A program made the translations under genes and the position numbers. Positions 60,345 to 64,000 of a DNA stretch of 64,000 bases are shown piece by piece (position 1 is the stretch's first letter; each line of letters starts with the position of its first letter). Below the pieces are notes generated by a model, which worked only from the letters and a program-made list of their open reading frames with translations, did not search any database and was not told the origin of the DNA. This stretch comes from Polyangiales bacterium (GTDB lineage: Bacteria > Myxococcota_A > Polyangia > Polyangiales > Polyangiaceae), in contig JBBRLQ010000012.1 of assembly GCA_038231275.1 (NCBI GenBank), positions 128,001 through 192,000 of the forward strand, read 5' to 3'.

Positions 60345-61109
60345 TCACGGCGGGAGCAGCCGCTCTTGCTTCAGTACGAGGCGCGTGGCGCCGGCGACGC
60401 CGATCGGCAAGAGCAACAGCCCAATCCCCGGCACGAGGAGGATGAAGCCCGACGCGACGCCGAAGCCGAGGACCGCCCAGAAGTGCGTGCCGACGAAGCG
60501 GAGCCTCCCGCCCACGGTCACGCCGCGCACGCTGAGCGGATAGTCCAGGAAATCCCAGGCGATCATGAGCGCCGTCGTCACGAACTTGAGGGGCACCGTG
60601 ACGATCGCCGCGGGCGGCGCGAAGATCGTCACCAGCGTGAGCACGAAGAGGATCGGCAGACCCATCGCGAGCGCGGTGAACGTCACGCCGAGAGAGCGGA
60701 GCATCGAGGCGAGCGTCGGCTGCTCGGGCCAGTCCCGTCCGCCGAGGCGCTTCTCCTGGGCGCGCGCGATGCGCTCGAGCGCGAACCCCGAGAGGGGCTG
60801 CGCGAGCGAAATCGCGACGACCACAGAGAGCAGGAGCGCGACCGCGCCGAGGAGCACGCGCAAGACCCAGGCGATCGCCACCGCGAGGCCCCCCGTGGCC
60901 GCGGCGGCGAGGTGATCGGCGAGCGCCATCGCCCCCCAAAGCCCGAGCGCGGCGCACCCGCCCGTGAGGACGAGCGCGACGAGCACGGGGACGATCGCCA
61001 TCGGCCACACGGCGGGCGTCGTGACGACGAACCCCACCGCCTCGAAGAGCGCGCCCATGCCTCCGAAGAGTCCGAGCGTCGTCTTCCTGAGCACCGGGAG
61101 CGTCGCCAT
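60345..61109 (-). CDS. EI24/CysZ-like membrane protein
   Basis: Multiple TM helices, AQPL....LE.I, AWDFLDYPL, P.GVAGAT. Confidence 0.8.
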   Translation of the reverse strand: MATLPVLRKTTLGLFGGMGALFEAVGFVVTTPAVWPMAIVPVLVALVLTGGCAALGLWGAMALADHLAAAATGGLAVAIAWVLRVLLGAVALLLSVVVAISLAQPLSGFALERIARAQEKRLGGRDWPEQPTLASMLRSLGVTFTALAMGLPILFVLTLVTIFAPPAAIVTVPLKFVTTALMIAWDFLDYPLSVRGVTVGGRLRFVGTHFWAVLGFGVASGFILLVPGIGLLLLPIGVAGATRLVLKQERLLPP

Positions 61110-61149
61110 CGACGCTCAGCTTAGTTCGCGCCGCTGCGCTTCGCTCCAC

Positions 61150-61782
61150 TCAGTTGCAGCCGATGCAGTTGTGCGTGCCGATGCTCGGGTTCTGCTTGCA
61201 GCTCGTCACGTTCACGCACGTCATGTCGCACGAGCCGGTGCTGCAGTCTTGCTTGGTCGACGCGGAGTCGTTCGCGTTGATGTCGCACGATCCGGCGGCG
61301 CACGTCTGCGTGCACGACGCGCCGGCGCCGCACTGGAGGCTGCACGAGCCGGTGTTGCACGCGAGCGAGCACGTCGAGTTCGCGCCGCAGTTGGCGTCGC
61401 AGGAGACGTTGGGGGCGCACGTGAAGACGCACGTCTGACCGGCACCGCACGAGCAGTCGTGGCCAACGCCGCAGGTGTCGGTGAACGTGCCGCCCGAGTC
61501 GGTCTTGCCGCCGTCGGTCGCGCCGCTGGATCCGCTCGAGCCGCTCGTTCCGGAAGAGCCGCTCGAACCGCTCGTTCCGGAGGAGCCGCTCGAACCACTG
61601 GACCCGCTCGAGCCACTGGACCCGCTCGAGCCACTGGAACCACTGCTGGAACCGCTGGAGCCGCTGCTCGATCCGCTGGAGCCGCCGCCGCCGTCGGCGC
61701 CGCCCGTGGTGCTGTTCACGGAGCACGCCGCACCGACCACGACAGAAAGCACGCACGAGAAGAACAAGTGAGATTTTGACAT
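61150..61782 (-). CDS. Cys-rich lipoprotein with (GSS)n linker
   Basis: GGAGG RBS, GAAC lipobox, GSS repeats, regularly spaced Cys (CxxxC). Confidence 0.82.
   Translation of the reverse strand: MSKSHLFFSCVLSVVVGAACSVNSTTGGADGGGGSSGSSSGSSGSSSGSSGSSGSSGSSGSSGSSGSSGTSGSSGSSGTSGSSGSSGATDGGKTDSGGTFTDTCGVGHDCSCGAGQTCVFTCAPNVSCDANCGANSTCSLACNTGSCSLQCGAGASCTQTCAAGSCDINANDSASTKQDCSTGSCDMTCVNVTSCKQNPSIGTHNCIGCN
61524..61683 (-). repeat. 9/12-bp tandem repeat encoding Gly-Ser-Ser linker
   Basis: Repeated GGN-TCN-AGY codons. Confidence 0.85.
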
Positions 61783-61806
61783 ATGTGACCTCCGGCGTGC
61801 ATGTAG

Positions 61807-61822
61807 AGCAAGGGGCGCACCG
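61807..61822 (-). promoter_or_regulatory. Sigma54 (-24/-12) promoter
   Basis: CGGTGCGCCCCTTGCT (GG-N10-GC, TTGCT) upstream of the RBS of the lipoprotein gene. Confidence 0.65.
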
Positions 61823-61898
61823 CGGCCGAGGCACGGAGGCAAGCCCTTGATCCGACGCGATCTACTGGAAATTTCCCGAGATCCGAGGGGCGATCGTT

Positions 61899-61937
61899 TT
61901 GATCGCGGCGATCAATTCGATCGCGGCGCCCGCGATC
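61899..61937. promoter_or_regulatory. Tandem GATCGC inverted repeats, candidate enhancer (UAS)
   Basis: TTGATCGC-g-GCGATCAA (61899-915) and GATCGCGG-cgc-CCGCGATC (61919-937), about 80-115 bp upstream of the -24 box. Confidence 0.5.
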
Positions 61938-61948
61938 CTCCCGATCGC

Positions 61949-63349
61949 TTACTTCGTCTGGCGGGCGCGGATGATCTGGAAGTAGCGGCGCGCGATCCCC
62001 GACGCCTCCGCCGCGCGGACCACGCTGCCGCCGTGACGCGCGAGGACGCGCTCGACGTAGCGTCGCTCGAACTCGTCGACGACGCGCTGGCGCGACTCGG
62101 GGAACGGCAAGTCGAGGATGAGCACGTCCTCCAGCACGTCGCGCGAGGGCGCGGGGGGTGACACGCTCCCGGGCGGCGGGACGGAGCCGGTGCCGGCGGG
62201 GCTCGTCGAGGCGGCGCGCGTGGCGTCGAGCCCGAGCTCGCCGAGCGCACGCCAACGAACGACCGCGTTGTGAAGCTCGCGCACGTTGCCCGGCCACGGG
62301 TAATCTTCCGCGCGCCGCAGCAGCTCGCTTGGGACGGCCGTATCTCCACCTCCGAGCGCGCGCCAGAAGTGACCGACGAGCAGCTCGATGTCACCGTGCC
62401 GCTGACGAAGCGGGGGCAGCTCGACGCGCGCGACGGTGATGCGGAAGAACAAGTCGTCGCGGAACCGACCGGCCGCGACCTCGCGATCGAGATCGCGCCG
62501 CGTCGCGCAGAGGACGCGCACGTCGCACTTGAGGAAGCCCGCGCCGCCGACGCGCTGGACCTCCGAGCGCTCGATCGCGCGGAGGAGCTTTGCCTGGAGG
62601 CCGAGCTCGAGCTCGCCGATCTCGTCGATGAGGAGCGTGCCGCCGTGCGCTTGCTCGAAGACGCCCTTGCGGACGCCGACCGCGCCGGTGAACGCGCCGC
62701 GCTCGTGGCCAAAGAGCGTCGATTCGAGCAAATTCGACGGGACCGCGGTGCAGTCGAAGACGATGAACGGGCCGTTCGCGCGGGGGCCGTTCTCGTGCAG
62801 CGCCTCGGCGAGCATCTCTTTGCCGGTGCCGGTCTCGCCTTCGATCAAGAGCGGCATCGTGCTCGCCGCGAGGCGCTCGCAGAGCGGGTAGAGGCGCCGC
62901 ATCTCGACGCTCCCGCCGATGGTGCGGCCGAAGCGCATCGCCGACGAGACGCTGCTCGGGGACGACTCGCCGGCGACGTCGACCTTGATCGACGTCCCTC
63001 CCATTCGCACGATCTCGCCGCCCTTGAGGAGCGCGTCGAAAATCGCGACGCCGTTCACCGTGGTGCCGTTGGTAGACGACAGATCGGTCAAGCGGAGCCC
63101 TTCGGGGCGCGCGTCGAGGGCGGCGTGGCGGCGCGAGACCAACGGATCGCCCAGGCGGAGCGCGCACGCAGGGCCCTGACCGACGAGCACGCGCGACGGC
63201 TCGCTGCCGTCCACTTGAAGCTCGAGGCCGCGGCTCGGCCCGTCGAGGACGAGGAGTCGGAACACGGGCGCACCGGAGGCCGCGCCCTCGGGAGGACGCG
63301 CGCGCGTCGTGAGATCGTCGAAGACGTCGGGCGGAACGGGAGGGGGCAT
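61949..63349 (-). CDS. FHA-domain sigma54-dependent enhancer-binding protein
   Basis: FHA (VSRRHA, STNGT), GETGTGKE, GAFTGA, LIDEIGE, FRDDLFFR, WPGNVREL, Fis-type HTH. Confidence 0.95.
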   Translation of the reverse strand: MPPPVPPDVFDDLTTRARPPEGAASGAPVFRLLVLDGPSRGLELQVDGSEPSRVLVGQGPACALRLGDPLVSRRHAALDARPEGLRLTDLSSTNGTTVNGVAIFDALLKGGEIVRMGGTSIKVDVAGESSPSSVSSAMRFGRTIGGSVEMRRLYPLCERLAASTMPLLIEGETGTGKEMLAEALHENGPRANGPFIVFDCTAVPSNLLESTLFGHERGAFTGAVGVRKGVFEQAHGGTLLIDEIGELELGLQAKLLRAIERSEVQRVGGAGFLKCDVRVLCATRRDLDREVAAGRFRDDLFFRITVARVELPPLRQRHGDIELLVGHFWRALGGGDTAVPSELLRRAEDYPWPGNVRELHNAVVRWRALGELGLDATRAASTSPAGTGSVPPPGSVSPPAPSRDVLEDVLILDLPFPESRQRVVDEFERRYVERVLARHGGSVVRAAEASGIARRYFQIIRARQTK

Positions 63350-64000
63350 CAGTTCGCGTACGGGTTCGGGGGCGGGTCGGAGGTCGGCTTGTTGGACGCG
63401 GGCGGCGCGGGTTTATGCGGCGTTGGTGCGACGCGCGGCTTGCCTCCGTGCGTCGTCGCGACGCCCGCCGCGTGGGCCGAGCCGGTCGCGGAAGCCGGAG
63501 GCGCGGCGCTCGCGGGCGGCGCGGGATCGACGGCGACCGCGGCGGCCGAGACCAGCGCGGACGGGCGTGGAATCGGCCCGGAGTCGGCCGGCGAAGCGCT
63601 CGACGCCGGCGCCGGGCGCAAGATGCCGCTTCCGGAGAGCACCGCGACGCCGAAGCCGAGCACGACCAGCGCGGCCACCGGCACGAGCCATCGAAGCGGC
63701 GACGGTTGCACCGGAAGCGATGTCGGGAGCGACATTGGAAGATCCGCGGTGGGCTCGGCGACGGAGATCGGCACCGGCACCGACACGGGATCCGCAGAGC
63801 GCAACGTCGACGCCGCGGGCGCGGCCGCCGTCGCCGACGCCGCGGACGGCGCAAACGGCGCGGACGAAACGGCGGCGGGCGCGCCTGGGGACATCAGCGT
63901 CGCGGCGGCGGCGGTCGGCGGCACCGGATCGGGCTCGGTCGACGGCTCGCCGTCTCCGAAGACACTCAGCACGCTCGGTTCGTTCGCGAGGCGCTGGCGG
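63349..64000 (-). CDS. C-terminal part of a membrane protein, probably a Ser/Thr kinase (partial)
   Basis: Linker, TM helix, Pro/Ala/Ser tail ending PPPNPYAN, the same layout as the kinase at 19062; TGATG-coupled to the EBP gene. No kinase domain is visible inside the window. Confidence 0.6.
   Translation of the reverse strand, partial: RQRLANEPSVLSVFGDGEPSTEPDPVPPTAAAATLMSPGAPAAVSSAPFAPSAASATAAAPAASTLRSADPVSVPVPISVAEPTADLPMSLPTSLPVQPSPLRWLVPVAALVVLGFGVAVLSGSGILRPAPASSASPADSGPIPRPSALVSAAAVAVDPAPPASAAPPASATGSAHAAGVATTHGGKPRVAPTPHKPAPPASNKPTSDPPPNPYAN

Overview
High-GC, gene-dense chromosomal window with about 60 CDS. It most likely comes from a Myxococcota (Polyangiales-like) bacterium; this is inferred from a MYXO-CTERM sorting signal, many Cys-rich DGG/DAG-linker lipoproteins, TPR/PEGA proteins, membrane Ser/Thr kinases and an FHA-sigma54 activator. 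Core genes include a LigC-type ligase (partial), a Ski2-like helicase, an ABC-F protein, serA, an actinobacterial Sdh1-type succinate dehydrogenase operon, a stand-alone EF-G and kup. I saw no rRNA, tRNA, CRISPR array, transposase or integrase. Five observations stand out. (1) A RelE/ParE-like toxin-antitoxin pair sits between two diverged copies of the 3' end of a host gene. (2) An ECF sigma module shares an identical promoter motif, GTGATCG-N17-CATCTACG, between the sigma gene and a divergent lipoprotein gene. (3) A kinase + TPR/PEGA + Cys-rich protein cassette recurs and may be a trans-envelope signalling system. (4) A putative kinase, an FHA-EBP, a sigma54 promoter and a lipoprotein gene form a circuit with candidate enhancer sites. 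(5) Many genes look leaderless. All product calls come from reading motifs by eye; no database searches were run.
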